The notes beneath the pieces were generated by a model. That model was not told the DNA's origin and made no database searches. It was given only the letters and a program-made list of their open reading frames with translations. Shown here one piece after another: positions 15,015-26,400 of a DNA stretch of 32,000 nt. The stretch is from Candidatus Saccharimonas aalborgensis (GTDB lineage Bacteria; Patescibacteriota; Saccharimonadia; Saccharimonadales; Saccharimonadaceae), in NCBI RefSeq assembly GCF_000392435.1, contig NC_021219.1, positions 1 through 32,000 on the forward strand. Reading direction: 5' to 3'. Both the position numbers and the translations under genes were made by a program. Each line of letters begins with the position of its first letter. The stretch's first letter is position 1.

Positions 15015-17309
15015 TTAACTGTGCTGATCAGGTGTCTGCTGGCTGCTACCAGGACGAACGTCAGTAGTCATTGGCGCCGGAAATCCGCTACCCGCGGCGA
15101 GCGGCTGTGGTGATCTTCGGGCGTGAACAAACACAAGGAGTGCACCTGCGATTACCATAATGAGTGCAAACAGCGATGCAACGATGACGAGAATAATCAT
15201 AAGCGGTGATGAGAGATTGAAGGCAGATGCCCCAGACTCATCACTTGTTTGTGACTTTGCTCCCTCAGCAAACTTATTGATAAAGTAGTTATCATTATAT
15301 TTTGCCTGTAGTGTAGAGAACGTTTTTGAGGCTTCAGAATACCGGCCAGCCCCAAATTGGTCAAGACCCTGTTGCCAGAGTGAAGCGACCGAACCATCCG
15401 TTTTGAGGGAAATATTGTTTTTTGAGAGCAAGTTACGCAAATCGTTTGCGTCACGCACATACCCGTTTGTAAAACATGTCTCACCATTACGGCTACATCC
15501 TTGGATCGTAGCACCGTATGTGTTCAGCCCAACTTGCACACCCTTTTTGTTGAACGCCGGACCACCGCTATTTCCTGATGCAATACGTGCAGAGGTGATG
15601 AGAAGTGTATGACCACCGGCGTCGCCGTTTTGCTTTATCTCTAGTACCTCTCCCTGTGTAATACTTGGGTAGGTTTTGACACTTTTTGTGCCGAGACCAT
15701 CATCAACAAATGCGGGATATCCTATAGCAGTAACTTCTTCGCCTTGCCCAATATCTGAGGCTGTTCCCAGTGATACTACCGGAAAATCACCCTCAGCCTT
15801 GATAATTGCGACATCCGAATGTGATGATGACGCATTAAATGTCATGGAAGATTCATCAAAATCATAATCTACAAGACTAGCTTTAATACGAGTTTTGTCG
15901 TATGTCCAACTAGAGCTATCAATATTAAATTTCAGAGGAGTATCTGATGTTTGGACGACAATATGCCGCTCAGTATTGGTTCGCAAGACGCCAGTTAGCG
16001 GCGTTCTAGAGCCGATTAAGATAAGCGCTTGTCTTGCCTGTTTGTCACCGGCTTTTGCTTTGGCCATAGTATCATTGATCTGATCCTGAGTAGCATAGCC
16101 CGCCTGGACTGCATACTTGAAATAGTTATTGAGCACCGACGGATCGTCTATATAGGAGAGCCCGTAGAGCAGAACATCAAGCTGGACAGTATAAACAACA
16201 TGACCGTTGGTAGCAATATACCCGTCGCTTGAGATAAATGACCCGCTGCCAATTACCGGAATACCACAGAGATGTTTCACTGAAAAACTTGCTCCGTTGT
16301 CAGCACGTAAGGTCAAGTCGGTACACGAGAAAACACCGATCCGTACCGTGGCAGGTTGGTTGTGGGCGACAACTGGAACGAATGTTTGACTGTTGAGCAC
16401 ATCGGGTACATTTGCCGTGTCTGATGCTGCATTCTTTGTGGGATTCACCGTGTCTGTCGAAGCAAGATCAAACGAAGTAGCCACCATTGTCGATATACCC
16501 GCAGAAACAACTGAACTTTCTGCATAGGCAGAATCAAGCGGCTTTGAGTAGGAGACACTTGCAATCACCTTCATATAGCTTTGATATTCGTCAAGCGTCT
16601 GATCGACAAAGCTGTCGGTAAACGATATCCAGTAGGGGCGATCGTTTTGAACTGTCATAAGATAGTACGAATAACTTGAAGTTGTACTACCAAGGAGATC
16701 GTACGTATGCACGGCAAGAATCTCTCTATAGTCCACCGATCCGATCTTTATTATTTTGTCACTCTGTACTGTGTCGCCATTCTTTGCGATCGTCTCTTTT
16801 TGGCGTGCCACAAGTAATTCAATCGGAGAGAGAGCCTGGTATTTCTGTTCTAATTTACTTTTGTCGAAGTAATTCTGATGATGATTTGTGAATAATCGCA
16901 TCCCTGGATGTGAAATATAGTCATATTCACCCTTTGGGCTAGTGGCAGCAATAGGATCAATCGTTATCATCACATAGGCACGACGGGTATCGAGATCTGT
17001 TCCGTCGTATTCTTCTCCCGTCACCATACCAGGCTTCTGAACTTTATCCAATACTTGACCGTGAGCGATATGCGTTTGGGAATTGTACGTGATGGCCATA
17101 CCCAAATCAGAACGAATAGTTTTATCATACTTCTCAGCAATCGTATCCTGAACGATAGCTTTTATCTTTGTTTGTGCAGATGGATTAATGTAATTTGTAA
17201 TATTTTTCCCGTAAGTAAACAACAACCCGATGCAAGCGACGAGCAGGATGCTGCTTACAAGCAAAATAATACTCAGGTGTTTCTTGTGTCGATGTTCGAG
17301 CCGTGGCAT
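15015..17309 (-). CDS. Trypsin-like (S1 family) serine protease with N- and C-terminal membrane anchors
   Basis: Catalytic triad contexts IATNGHVVY (His), SDVAIIKAEG (Asp), ASGNSGGPAF (Ser). N-terminal TM LSIILLVSSILLVACIGLLF. C-terminal TM LMIILVIVASLFALIMVIAGALLVFV followed by a Pro/Gly-rich tail. AAGAGGA SD. Confidence 0.85.
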   Translation of the reverse strand: MPRLEHRHKKHLSIILLVSSILLVACIGLLFTYGKNITNYINPSAQTKIKAIVQDTIAEKYDKTIRSDLGMAITYNSQTHIAHGQVLDKVQKPGMVTGEEYDGTDLDTRRAYVMITIDPIAATSPKGEYDYISHPGMRLFTNHHQNYFDKSKLEQKYQALSPIELLVARQKETIAKNGDTVQSDKIIKIGSVDYREILAVHTYDLLGSTTSSYSYYLMTVQNDRPYWISFTDSFVDQTLDEYQSYMKVIASVSYSKPLDSAYAESSVVSAGISTMVATSFDLASTDTVNPTKNAASDTANVPDVLNSQTFVPVVAHNQPATVRIGVFSCTDLTLRADNGASFSVKHLCGIPVIGSGSFISSDGYIATNGHVVYTVQLDVLLYGLSYIDDPSVLNNYFKYAVQAGYATQDQINDTMAKAKAGDKQARQALILIGSRTPLTGVLRTNTERHIVVQTSDTPLKFNIDSSSWTYDKTRIKASLVDYDFDESSMTFNASSSHSDVAIIKAEGDFPVVSLGTASDIGQGEEVTAIGYPAFVDDGLGTKSVKTYPSITQGEVLEIKQNGDAGGHTLLITSARIASGNSGGPAFNKKGVQVGLNTYGATIQGCSRNGETCFTNGYVRDANDLRNLLSKNNISLKTDGSVASLWQQGLDQFGAGRYSEASKTFSTLQAKYNDNYFINKFAEGAKSQTSDESGASAFNLSSPLMIILVIVASLFALIMVIAGALLVFVHARRSPQPLAAGSGFPAPMTTDVRPGSSQQTPDQHS

Positions 17310-17356
17310 ATATCCTCTTTTTTATTCCAGTTATGCTCATAGTAACATTAATATTT

Positions 17357-17398
17357 AAAAATAAATACACTCCCGAGTAGTGGAAGTGTATTTATTTT
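17357..17398 (-). terminator. Intrinsic terminator after rpsG (bidirectional A-tract/hairpin/U-tract)
   Basis: Minus-strand RNA: AAAAUAAAUACACUUCC-ACUACUC-GGGAGUGUAUUUAUUUU. About 17-bp stem with one G-U pair, running into a U-rich tract. Confidence 0.65.
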
Positions 17399-17420
17399 GT
17401 GGTAGTTTCAGACTACTACA

Positions 17421-17900
17421 TTAGGTACGAGCAAAGTGAGCAAACGCTCGGTTTGCTTCAGCCATCTTGTGCGTATCTTCTTTTTTCTTGTAGGCAGCAC
17501 CAGTTTCGTTGTAGGCATCGACAATTTCAAGCGCCAGACGTTTTTCATATGGCATACCATTTCGGGCACGTGCACTCTGTACGAGCCACGTGAAGGCATA
17601 GTGAAGTTGACGATGACCTTGGACGGGAAATGGAATTTGGTAGTTCGCACCACCGACACGACGGCTCTTAACTTCAAAGTTTGGCGAAATGTTTTTGAGT
17701 GCTCGCTCGAACACTTCAAGCGGTTCCTCGCTTTTGAGTGTTTTTGCCGCCTGCTCGAGCGCAGTATAGACCATGCGCTCTGAACCCAGCTTTTTTCCAT
17801 CGAGCATTGATTTGTTGATAAGGCGCTGCACAAGTACACTCTGGTATTTGCGGTCAGGCTTAATCGTGCGTTGTAATTTCTTGGTTACTTTACGAGGCAT
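17421..17900 (-). CDS. rpsG: 30S ribosomal protein S7
   Basis: 159 aa; MPRK...DRKYQSVLVQRLINKSMLDGKK...ANRAFAHFR, typical uS7. Confidence 0.97.
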   Translation of the reverse strand: MPRKVTKKLQRTIKPDRKYQSVLVQRLINKSMLDGKKLGSERMVYTALEQAAKTLKSEEPLEVFERALKNISPNFEVKSRRVGGANYQIPFPVQGHRQLHYAFTWLVQSARARNGMPYEKRLALEIVDAYNETGAAYKKKEDTHKMAEANRAFAHFART

Positions 17901-17902
17901 GA

Positions 17903-18316
17903 CTACTTCCCTTCCTTCTTGGTACCGTACTTGCTACGGCCCTGTTTGCGCTTTGATACGCCCTGGAGATCGAGTGCACCGCGCACGATGTGATAGCGCA
18001 CACCCGGCAGGTCAGGTACGCGGCCACCACGAACCAGGACCACGGCGTGCTCCTGTAGGTTGTGGCCTTCACCACCGATGTAAGCCCAAACTTCATGACC
18101 ATTCGTCAGACGAACACGAGCAACCTTCCGGAGGGCTGAGTTAGGTTTCTTTGGGGTTTTTGTTGTCACCTTGACACAAACACCACGCTTGAGTGGCGCA
18201 TCTTGGTCATAGTAACGAACCTTGAGCGCGTTATGAATACGTCCCAGTGCTGGAGACTTTGACTTCTTACCAGCGACCGAGCGCGGTTTGCGCACCAATT
18301 GATTGATAGTTGGCAT
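17903..18316 (-). CDS. rpsL: 30S ribosomal protein S12
   Basis: 137 aa; [12 protein letters not shown]...[18 protein letters not shown]...[17 protein letters not shown]. Confidence 0.97.
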   Translation of the reverse strand: MPTINQLVRKPRSVAGKKSKSPALGRIHNALKVRYYDQDAPLKRGVCVKVTTKTPKKPNSALRKVARVRLTNGHEVWAYIGGEGHNLQEHAVVLVRGGRVPDLPGVRYHIVRGALDLQGVSKRKQGRSKYGTKKEGK

Positions 18317-18565
18317 AGAAAAGCGGTTCCTTGATTAGATCAATTTTATAAAACTATGGTAGACGTTTTAGCGTCTATCGCTGCATGTTCGAAGCGCAGC
18401 AAACGCCTGACACGCTCGTCCCTTTGCCATCATGCTTCGTTCGCACCGTGAAACAGAGATGACTAAGAGATGAAACTCATCTTTCATCGTACCAAAAAGT
18501 CATGCTTTTGTCTAGTGCATTGCACGATGGCACCCCCCGGGGTAAAATAAGCGTGAGAACTATTC

Positions 18566-19555
18566 ATGAATAATCAACCGCCTCCCCCCATTAGCCAAGA
18601 TGATTTCACGACACCGTCTGCACTTCCGCCGACTGACCCTCTCTTGGGAAAGGTTCGATCTGAGCGCCGCTGGCATCCACACCGCGCAAAATTACTGCTT
18701 ATTGGTGTTATAGCTACGGTGACCTTGATAGTGATTGGGACATTTCTGCTCTTTGGCCGACCCACGCCAAAAAATACCGTTGAGCAGCCACAGACCCGAG
18801 TGGACACGGTGCCTGATCTCACTGCGGCAGAAACAATCATCAAGCTGAGAAGCGTATTTAAAGGGAGCGCTCTTGCCCCCACTCCACCCAGCGTCCCTAT
18901 ACAAACTGCAAATCACAACTACTATACCGTCGTGACAGATCCGTCAGAGGTAGCAAAAACAAGTCTTTCGGGCCCAATTAATTACCCCGATACTGATGAG
19001 ATTATTGTTTCCATAAAGTCAGTCTTTGAAACAAATCACTTTTCACCGATTGTCCTAAAAGATGGTGGCAACAATGCCTCAGTCCTTATTGAGTACACCC
19101 GAAAGGACGTTGTTTGCCAGCTTGATGTCAGTTCACCGACAACCGTGAAACCCATTACCCAGTCGGTATCGGTGAGTTGTCTCGATATGAAACAGTACGA
19201 AACGCTCGCCCGAGCCCAAGAACCCTTTTACCGCGCCTACTCACCGGCATTAACAGCGAGCTATGCGATTGCGCTCATTGGCGCTCCGAGCGTAAAAAAC
19301 GGTGGTACCGCGGGATACCAGACTGCGATCATTGCTGTTGGTACCGTTGCCGAACGTACGAAGGTAACAGGCGGCGTCACTCCTCGATTTTATGCTGCGA
19401 GCGACCAAGTATGGCATTACTTTACCGATCGCGTCGGCGATCTCACCTGTGACATCTACGCAACGAACGATATTAAAACTGCTTACGCAGGGACACCGTG
19501 TTATAGCACTGCCAGCAAAAAGATGAGTGTCGTCAAAGCGCCAAATACGAAATAA
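18566..19555 (+). CDS. Hypothetical single-pass membrane protein with Pro-rich N-terminus and extracytoplasmic domain
   Basis: 329 aa. TM LLLIGVIATVTLIVIGTFLLF. I recognise no family. Confidence 0.65.
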   Translation: MNNQPPPPISQDDFTTPSALPPTDPLLGKVRSERRWHPHRAKLLLIGVIATVTLIVIGTFLLFGRPTPKNTVEQPQTRVDTVPDLTAAETIIKLRSVFKGSALAPTPPSVPIQTANHNYYTVVTDPSEVAKTSLSGPINYPDTDEIIVSIKSVFETNHFSPIVLKDGGNNASVLIEYTRKDVVCQLDVSSPTTVKPITQSVSVSCLDMKQYETLARAQEPFYRAYSPALTASYAIALIGAPSVKNGGTAGYQTAIIAVGTVAERTKVTGGVTPRFYAASDQVWHYFTDRVGDLTCDIYATNDIKTAYAGTPCYSTASKKMSVVKAPNTK

Positions 19556-19569
19556 TCATCCTATTCATT

Positions 19570-19605
19570 ACAACAACTCCCTGCTTTACCGCAGGGAGTT
19601 GTTGT
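19570..19605. terminator. 15-bp perfect hairpin between convergent genes (bidirectional terminator candidate)
   Basis: ACAACAACTCCCTGC-TTTACC-GCAGGGAGTTGTTGT. No clean U-tract on either side. Confidence 0.5.
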
Positions 19606-19637
19606 GGTGGCGGAAGTATTCGTTTCCCTCGACGCAG

Positions 19638-22600
19638 TTACACGGCGAGTTCGATATCAACTGCGATATCATCGATGACTTCAGCCTGCTCATCATTTGC
19701 CGAGATCGCTCCGGTACCAACCGGAATCTTTCGACCGATGATGACGTTTTCTTTGAGACCGTTCAAGTGATCGGCCCGGCCGCTTGTTGCTGCGTTGATA
19801 AGCACGCGAGTTGTATCCTGGAATGACGCCGCAGAAAGCCAGCTGTCGCTCCAGATAGAAACTTTTGTGATACCAAGCAATAGCTGCGTGTATTGTGCGG
19901 GTACTTTACCACTTGCGACAAGTGCAGCATTGGTATCAACGACCGATGCTTTCGATACAATGTCACCAGTTACAAATGTACTGTCACCAGGATCTTCTAC
20001 CTGAACACGGCTAAACATCTGACGCACAATGATCTCAAGGTGCTTGTCGGCAACATCTTGACCTTGCGCTGCGTAGATACGCAACACTTCGTTGATGATG
20101 TAGCGTTGAGTTGCTTCGGTACCCTTCAGACGCATCAAATCATGCAGGTTCAATGAGCCGATTGTTAGCCTATCGCCAGCTTCAACATAGTCACCCTTTT
20201 TAACAACCAGCTGCATTGTGCCAGGCACTTCATAGCGCACTGGTGCACTTGCGTTGGCGGCGAGTACCAGAGAATCTTCTGCAATCTCTACTACGCCGTC
20301 AAATGGTGCGGTCAGAGGGTGGGCTTCTCCTTCTGCTGTCGCGAGAACATCGCCAACTTTCACACTACTGCCCGCCTTGATGCTAACCGTTCGGCCCTCA
20401 AGCGGCATGCGCTCGACATGACCAGCCTCTGGCGTGACCTGTACGACGTACTTGCTGCCATCTTCCCAAATATCAACACTACCTGTGACCTCTGTCACAT
20501 AGGCTTGACCTTTTGGATTTCGAGCTTCAAACAACTCCTCAACACGCGGTAGACCTTGGGTAATGTCTGATCCACCGACACCTGAGCTGTGGAACGTGTT
20601 CAACGTCAACTGTGTTCCTGGCTCACCAACTGACTGTGCAGCAATAACACCGACAGGTTGAGCAGTAGCAACCAAGTTACCAGTTGCCATATCGATACCA
20701 TAACTGCGCTGCGGAATACCTCGCAAATTGTTGGTCGAGAGCACCGACTGAATCTTTACTTCTGTGATCTTCTCATCAGCCTGAATTGCGTCTGCAATCT
20801 CACGCGTGATGACTTTGTTAGCAGCAATATATCCCGGAACTTCCTCCGCAGTGAAACGGCCATAGAGGCGATTACCGAAATCGATCATCGTTAGCTCAGA
20901 TTCTGAGCGGTAAATTGAGAATCCCTTGTCATCACCCTCTTCGTCTGCAACCGTAAAGACATCTTGGCTCACATCGACAAGGCGACGGGTCAGGTAGCCG
21001 GAGTCAGCAGTCTTGAGCGCAGTGTCAATCAATCCCTTACGAGCACCACGTGTTGCCACGAATGCCTCAAGGCTTGAAAGACCTTTTTTGAAGTTACTGC
21101 GAACTGGCAGCTCAATTTCACGGTTAGCAGCATCCACCTGAATACCGATCATCGCACTGGCTAGCTTGACGTTAGTAATGTTACTACGTGCACCTGAGTT
21201 AACCATTGTCGAGATACTGGTATCCATTTTTGTAAGCTCGTTACGAAGGAAATCCTCGATTTTACGGTCAACACCGCGCCAATTTGCAACTGTAAGGCTG
21301 TAACGTTCATCATCAGTGATGAGACCCTGGTCATACTGATCAGAGACAAGAGCGGTTTTCGTATCGCCTTCAGCGATAAACTCACTGATCTCATCGAAGC
21401 TCAGGTAGTCCTGCATACCAGTTGAGACGGCGCTAGTAGTGGCAAAGCGAAATGCCAAACCTTTCATGCGGTCAGCGGTACGCGCCGTTTCCTCAGCTCC
21501 GTAGATATCAAAGATTTGTGCCAACACTTTCTTGAGTTCTTTTTTGTTTTGGACATTGTTGTTGAATGGGAAATCTTCAGGCAGGATTTCGTTGAAGAAT
21601 ACGCGTCCGAGAGTTGTCGTGCGGATATCACCTTTTGCACGAACACGAATCGGGCTTTGCAGCTGCAACTTGTGCATGTCATACGCCAGTTCAGCATCTC
21701 GGCTGTCAGCAAAGACCGCTACCTTATCAGTTTGCGCACTTGGCTTATCGTATGTCAGGTAATAGTTACCCAGAACGATATCCTGGTTGATATTGAGCAC
21801 TGGGCTACCATCGGCTGGTTTGAGCAAATTATTGACGGCACTCATGAGATCGCGAGCTTCGGCTTGTGCTTCTTTGCTCAGCGGCAAATGAACAGCCATC
21901 TGGTCACCGTCGTAGTCGGCGTTGAATCCACTTGCAACAAGCGGATGAAGTTGAATCGCCTTTCCTTCGACAAGAACGGGCATAAAGGCCTGAATACTCA
22001 AACGGTGAAGTGACGGCGCACGGTTGAGAAGCACATACTTGCCCTCGATACAGGCATCTAATGCGTCCCATACGACTGCTTCACCTGCCTCGATGAGCCG
22101 AGTAGCGCTACGAATATTGTGCGCATATTCACCGCGGATAAGCCAGCTGATGACAAACGGCTTAAACAGCTCGAGTGCCATTTGTTTTGGCAGGCCGCAT
22201 TGGTCGATTTTGAGTTTAGGACCAACCACAATAACCGAGCGACCCGAATAGTCGACGCGCTTACCGAGGAGGTTTTGACGGAATCGACCCTGCTTACCTT
22301 TTAGCATATCGCTAATGCTTTTGAGCCGTCGTCGTCCACCTGTCGCATTGACCGCACGACCACCACGGGCCGCTGAATTGTCGATAAGACTGTCGACCGC
22401 TTCTTGAAGCATACGCATTTCATTACGTCGAATTACTTCTGGTGCGTTCAGGTCGATAAGTTTCTTGAGGCGGTTATTTCGATTGATGACACGTCGATAG
22501 AGGTCGTTGAGGTCACTGGTCGCAAATCGCCCACCGGTCAGTTGCACCATAGGCCGCAGGTCGGGAGGGATCACCGGCAAGACTGTCAGGCATAGGCTGC

Positions 22601-23471
22601 TTGGCTTGATACCAGCCGCTTGCATACCCTCAAGTACCTTGAGACGCTTCAGTAGCTTCTTTTCACGCTGACCTTTGGCTCCAGCAACTTCCTCGCTGAG
22701 TTCAGCAATAAGTGCCGACAAATCAACTTCGTCAAGCAACGCTTTGAGCGCTGTGCCACCCATTCCAACAGTGACAAGCTCCTCGTATTCCTCAGGCAAA
22801 TTGCGGAAATCTGTCTCGCCGATAAGCGCATGTCGAACAAGGCCCTCGAGCTGAGTCTTTTTTACAATATAGCTTGACTCGAGCTCTTCGAGTTCTCGTG
22901 ACTGCTCCTCGGCTAGTTTCTTGACGTCGGCACCTTCAGCCGCAGCTTCTTTTTCAAAGCGTATCTTGATAGCTATCCGGCCAGCATCAGTTTCAGCTTC
23001 CAGATCAGCCAAGAATTGATCACGCTTCTCACTGTCGACTTCGAGGATAACATAGGTCGCAAAGTAAGCAATCCGCTCAAGATTACGCACCGTGATACCC
23101 AGTAGCAAGCTCATCGCGCTCGGTGTACCACGCATAAACCAAATATGTGCGACCGGTGCAGCCAGGTTGATGTGGCCCATTCGTTCACGCCGAACAATCG
23201 ATTTAGTGACCAGTTCACCATTTTTGTCGACAGCAGCTTCACGTGAGCGTACCCCTTTGAGCTTATTGTCGTGTGGGTTGATATCCTTAACTGGTCCAAA
23301 GATTCGTTCGCAGAACAGTCCATCTCGCTCTGGCTTTTGTGTTCGGTAATTTATGGTTTCAGGCTTAGTGACCTCACCATAGCTCCATTTGAGAATGTCA
23401 TCTGGACTTGCAACAGCCAAACGAACAGCATCAAAATCAGCGATACCTGTCGTAGCAACAACGCGCGACAT
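19638..23471 (-). CDS. rpoC: DNA-directed RNA polymerase subunit beta-prime
   Basis: 1277 aa with the [12 protein letters not shown] catalytic motif. The ATG lies 1 nt after the rpoB stop, with a GAGGAGG SD inside the rpoB 3' end. Confidence 0.98.
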   Translation of the reverse strand: MSRVVATTGIADFDAVRLAVASPDDILKWSYGEVTKPETINYRTQKPERDGLFCERIFGPVKDINPHDNKLKGVRSREAAVDKNGELVTKSIVRRERMGHINLAAPVAHIWFMRGTPSAMSLLLGITVRNLERIAYFATYVILEVDSEKRDQFLADLEAETDAGRIAIKIRFEKEAAAEGADVKKLAEEQSRELEELESSYIVKKTQLEGLVRHALIGETDFRNLPEEYEELVTVGMGGTALKALLDEVDLSALIAELSEEVAGAKGQREKKLLKRLKVLEGMQAAGIKPSSLCLTVLPVIPPDLRPMVQLTGGRFATSDLNDLYRRVINRNNRLKKLIDLNAPEVIRRNEMRMLQEAVDSLIDNSAARGGRAVNATGGRRRLKSISDMLKGKQGRFRQNLLGKRVDYSGRSVIVVGPKLKIDQCGLPKQMALELFKPFVISWLIRGEYAHNIRSATRLIEAGEAVVWDALDACIEGKYVLLNRAPSLHRLSIQAFMPVLVEGKAIQLHPLVASGFNADYDGDQMAVHLPLSKEAQAEARDLMSAVNNLLKPADGSPVLNINQDIVLGNYYLTYDKPSAQTDKVAVFADSRDAELAYDMHKLQLQSPIRVRAKGDIRTTTLGRVFFNEILPEDFPFNNNVQNKKELKKVLAQIFDIYGAEETARTADRMKGLAFRFATTSAVSTGMQDYLSFDEISEFIAEGDTKTALVSDQYDQGLITDDERYSLTVANWRGVDRKIEDFLRNELTKMDTSISTMVNSGARSNITNVKLASAMIGIQVDAANREIELPVRSNFKKGLSSLEAFVATRGARKGLIDTALKTADSGYLTRRLVDVSQDVFTVADEEGDDKGFSIYRSESELTMIDFGNRLYGRFTAEEVPGYIAANKVITREIADAIQADEKITEVKIQSVLSTNNLRGIPQRSYGIDMATGNLVATAQPVGVIAAQSVGEPGTQLTLNTFHSSGVGGSDITQGLPRVEELFEARNPKGQAYVTEVTGSVDIWEDGSKYVVQVTPEAGHVERMPLEGRTVSIKAGSSVKVGDVLATAEGEAHPLTAPFDGVVEIAEDSLVLAANASAPVRYEVPGTMQLVVKKGDYVEAGDRLTIGSLNLHDLMRLKGTEATQRYIINEVLRIYAAQGQDVADKHLEIIVRQMFSRVQVEDPGDSTFVTGDIVSKASVVDTNAALVASGKVPAQYTQLLLGITKVSIWSDSWLSAASFQDTTRVLINAATSGRADHLNGLKENVIIGRKIPVGTGAISANDEQAEVIDDIAVDIELAV

Positions 23472-23472
23472 G

Positions 23473-26400
23473 TTAGGCCTCCTCTCTATCTTGTTCAGTG
23501 GTTATTTCTTCATATAGTTCATCGTATTCTTCATCGACATCACTAATTTGACCTTCGTTATCAATATCACGCACGGTCACGCCATCGTCTTCATCTATCT
23601 CACCAAGTTCGTCTGATTCGTCGAGTACATATTCCTTGTCTTCCTCGATAACAGGTACGGTTTTATCCTCAGGACCGCTCTGTTCGATAACACTCTCTGC
23701 ATCAAACTCTTCACCTTCGTCGATGAGGTCAACCCTGAGACCAAGACCCTGCAATTCTTTCACCAACACGTTGAAGCTCTCGGGAAGTTTCGGACCGGTG
23801 ATGACATCGTCTTTGATAATTGACTCATAGGCCTTTGCGCGACCATAGACGTCGTCAGATTTGATTGTTAGCATTTCCTGTAGAGTACTTGCCGCACCGT
23901 ACGCCTCAAGCGCCCAGACCTCCATCTCACCAAAGCGCTGGCCACCATTTTGAGCTTTTCCGCCCAGTGGCTGCTGCGTCACCATGGTGTATGGACCAGT
24001 CGATCGAGCGTGAATCTTGTCGCTGACCATGTGGTGTAATTTGATCATATGCATCACACCAACGGTTGAGCGCTCTTCAAATGCCTCACCTGAACGCCCG
24101 TCATAGAGCTGACTCTTACCGTCAGGTGCGAAACCGGCTTTCTTCAGCTCATCTTCGATAACGGTATTTGGAACCCCATTAAATGGTGGTGTTGCCACAC
24201 GATACCCGAGAGCTCGTGCCGCCATACCGAGGTGTGTCTCAAACAACTGGCCGAGGTTCATACGACTTGGCACGCCGAGTGGGTTCAAGACAATGTCAAC
24301 AGCGGTTCCATCAGCGAGGAATGGCATATCCTCAACTGGCAATATACGTGCCACTACACCCTTGTTACCGTGACGTCCGGCGAGCTTGTCTCCCACGCTA
24401 ATCTTGCGTAATTGAGCAACAAAAATCTGGATTTGCATCAAAACGCCAGCTTTGAGCTCATGGCCATTCTCGCGACTAAATATCTTTACACCAACAACCT
24501 TGCCGCCGCCTGCGTTATTCATGCGCTGGCTTGTATCGCGAACATCTTTTGCTTTTTCACCAAAGATCGCGCGGAGCAACCGCTCCTCAGAGCTCAATTC
24601 TTGTTCGCCCTTCGGTGTGATTTTTCCGACTAATACATCACCGGCCTTCACTTCACTCCCGATTTGAACGATACCGTTCTCATCAAGATGACGTAGGCTC
24701 TCTTCACTCACATTTGGAATATCACGAGTGACGATCTCAGGACCAAGCTTTGTCTCACGGACTTCTACGTTGTAATCCTTGATGTTGATGCTCGTGAGGG
24801 AATCATCCTCGACGAGGCTGCGGCTAATGACAACGGCGTCGTCCATGTTGTAACCACCCCACGGCATAAAGGCTACCAAAAGATCGCGACCGAGAGCTAA
24901 CTCTCCATCGGCAATTGATGCACCTTCGATGAGAACATCACCTTTTTTAACCGTATCTCCACGACTAACGCGTACTTTCTGATTGATACTTCGATCGTCG
25001 TTACTCTTTGCAAAGTGGATTGGTGCATATTGCTTGGCACCGTCCTTGTAGGCAACTTCGACAATATCTGCGTCAGCACGAATAACTTCACCGGCAGCTT
25101 CTGCTACCACCAACTGTGATGAGTCACGCGCGACCGCACCCTCAATGCCTGTTCCTACAGTAGGAGCTTCAGGTGTTAGCAGGGGAACTGCCTGACGTTG
25201 CATGTTTGAGCCAGTCAAGCTTCGATCGATACGGTTCTTTTCGATAAATGGCACCAGCGCTGCGGTTGAACCCAAGATCTGCTTGTGAGCAGCATCCATA
25301 AATGTCACCTCAGACGCATCAACCTCACCCGGCTTCAAAAACTTACGTGCACTTACGCGTTCATTGACAAACTTGTTGTTGGCATCAAGTTCTGCACCAG
25401 CGTCAGCGATGACTTCAGTAACTTCCTGACTTGCGTCAAGATACACCACTTCATCAGTTACCTTGCCGTTTTTGACACGGAGATATGGTGTTTCGATAAA
25501 GCCATATTCATTGACCCGCGCATAGGCAGCGAGGTTGAGCACTAGGCCGATATTAGCACCTTCTGGTGTTTCGACAGAACAGATACGACCATAGTGGGTG
25601 GGGTGGGCGTCGCGGACATCAAATCCAGCACGCTCACGACTTAGTCCACCAGGGCCCATACTACTGAGGCGTCGTTTGTGGCTCAATTCTGAGAGCGGGT
25701 TAACCTCGTCAAGAAGCTGAGAAAGCTGGCTCGATGCAAAAAACTCACGCACAGCAGCGACGACTGGTCGAGCGTTAATGAGTTGGCTCGGTGTGACAGT
25801 GGTGATATCGCTCATGCTCATGCGATCCATGGCATTTCGCTGCATACGAAGCATACCAACGCGGAACTGACGAGCAACGAGCTCACCGACCAATTTGATG
25901 CGGCGATTGCTGAGTGCGTCGATATCATCGCCGGCTTCTTGTGTATTATTCATCCGGATGAGCTCACGAATGATAGCAACGAGGTCATCGAGTTGGAATA
26001 CTCGATGCTCAGTCGTGTTTGGTGTCGTGAGGCCAAGGCGTTGGTTCATCTTATAACGACCAACGCGTGAGTAATCAAATCGTTTGAAGTCATAAAACAT
26101 TCGCTCGATCATCTGGCGAGCGTTGTCAACTGTGGCCAAGTCACCTGGGCGAAGGCGTCGGTACACCTCGATCAATGCTTCATTGACACCATGAGCTGGG
26201 TCTTTTTCGAGGGTAGCATCGATATATTTGATATCTCCGGTATCGATATCTTTGAACAACTCTTTGATTTCATTTACTTTGCTATACCCAAGGGCGCGCA
26301 GTAGGGTTGTGACGGCGATTTTTCGGCGACGATCAATCTTCACATACAGTGCACCATTGCTGGCGGTCTCAAATTCGAGCCATGCACCGCGACCAGGGAT

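Noticed and set aside
17408-17839. 143-aa alternative-frame ORF inside rpsG
   Set aside because: It is on the same strand as S7 but out of frame. S7 homology is unambiguous.
18317-18565. Possible tRNA or ribosomal-protein leader in the 249-nt rpsL upstream region (contains GTTCGAA and several short hairpins, plus palindrome GTGCATTGCAC)
   Set aside because: No cloverleaf can be drawn: there are no acceptor or T stems flanking GTTCGAA. The hairpins are short, and I cannot match a known leader. It is treated as a divergent promoter region only.
21516-22013. 165-aa ORF antisense within rpoC. Similar antisense ORFs occur in rpoB, hisS (30553..31059) and tig (28064..28504)
   Set aside because: They are embedded in highly conserved genes on the opposite strand. 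They have no SD or promoter, and their sequences are not protein-like.
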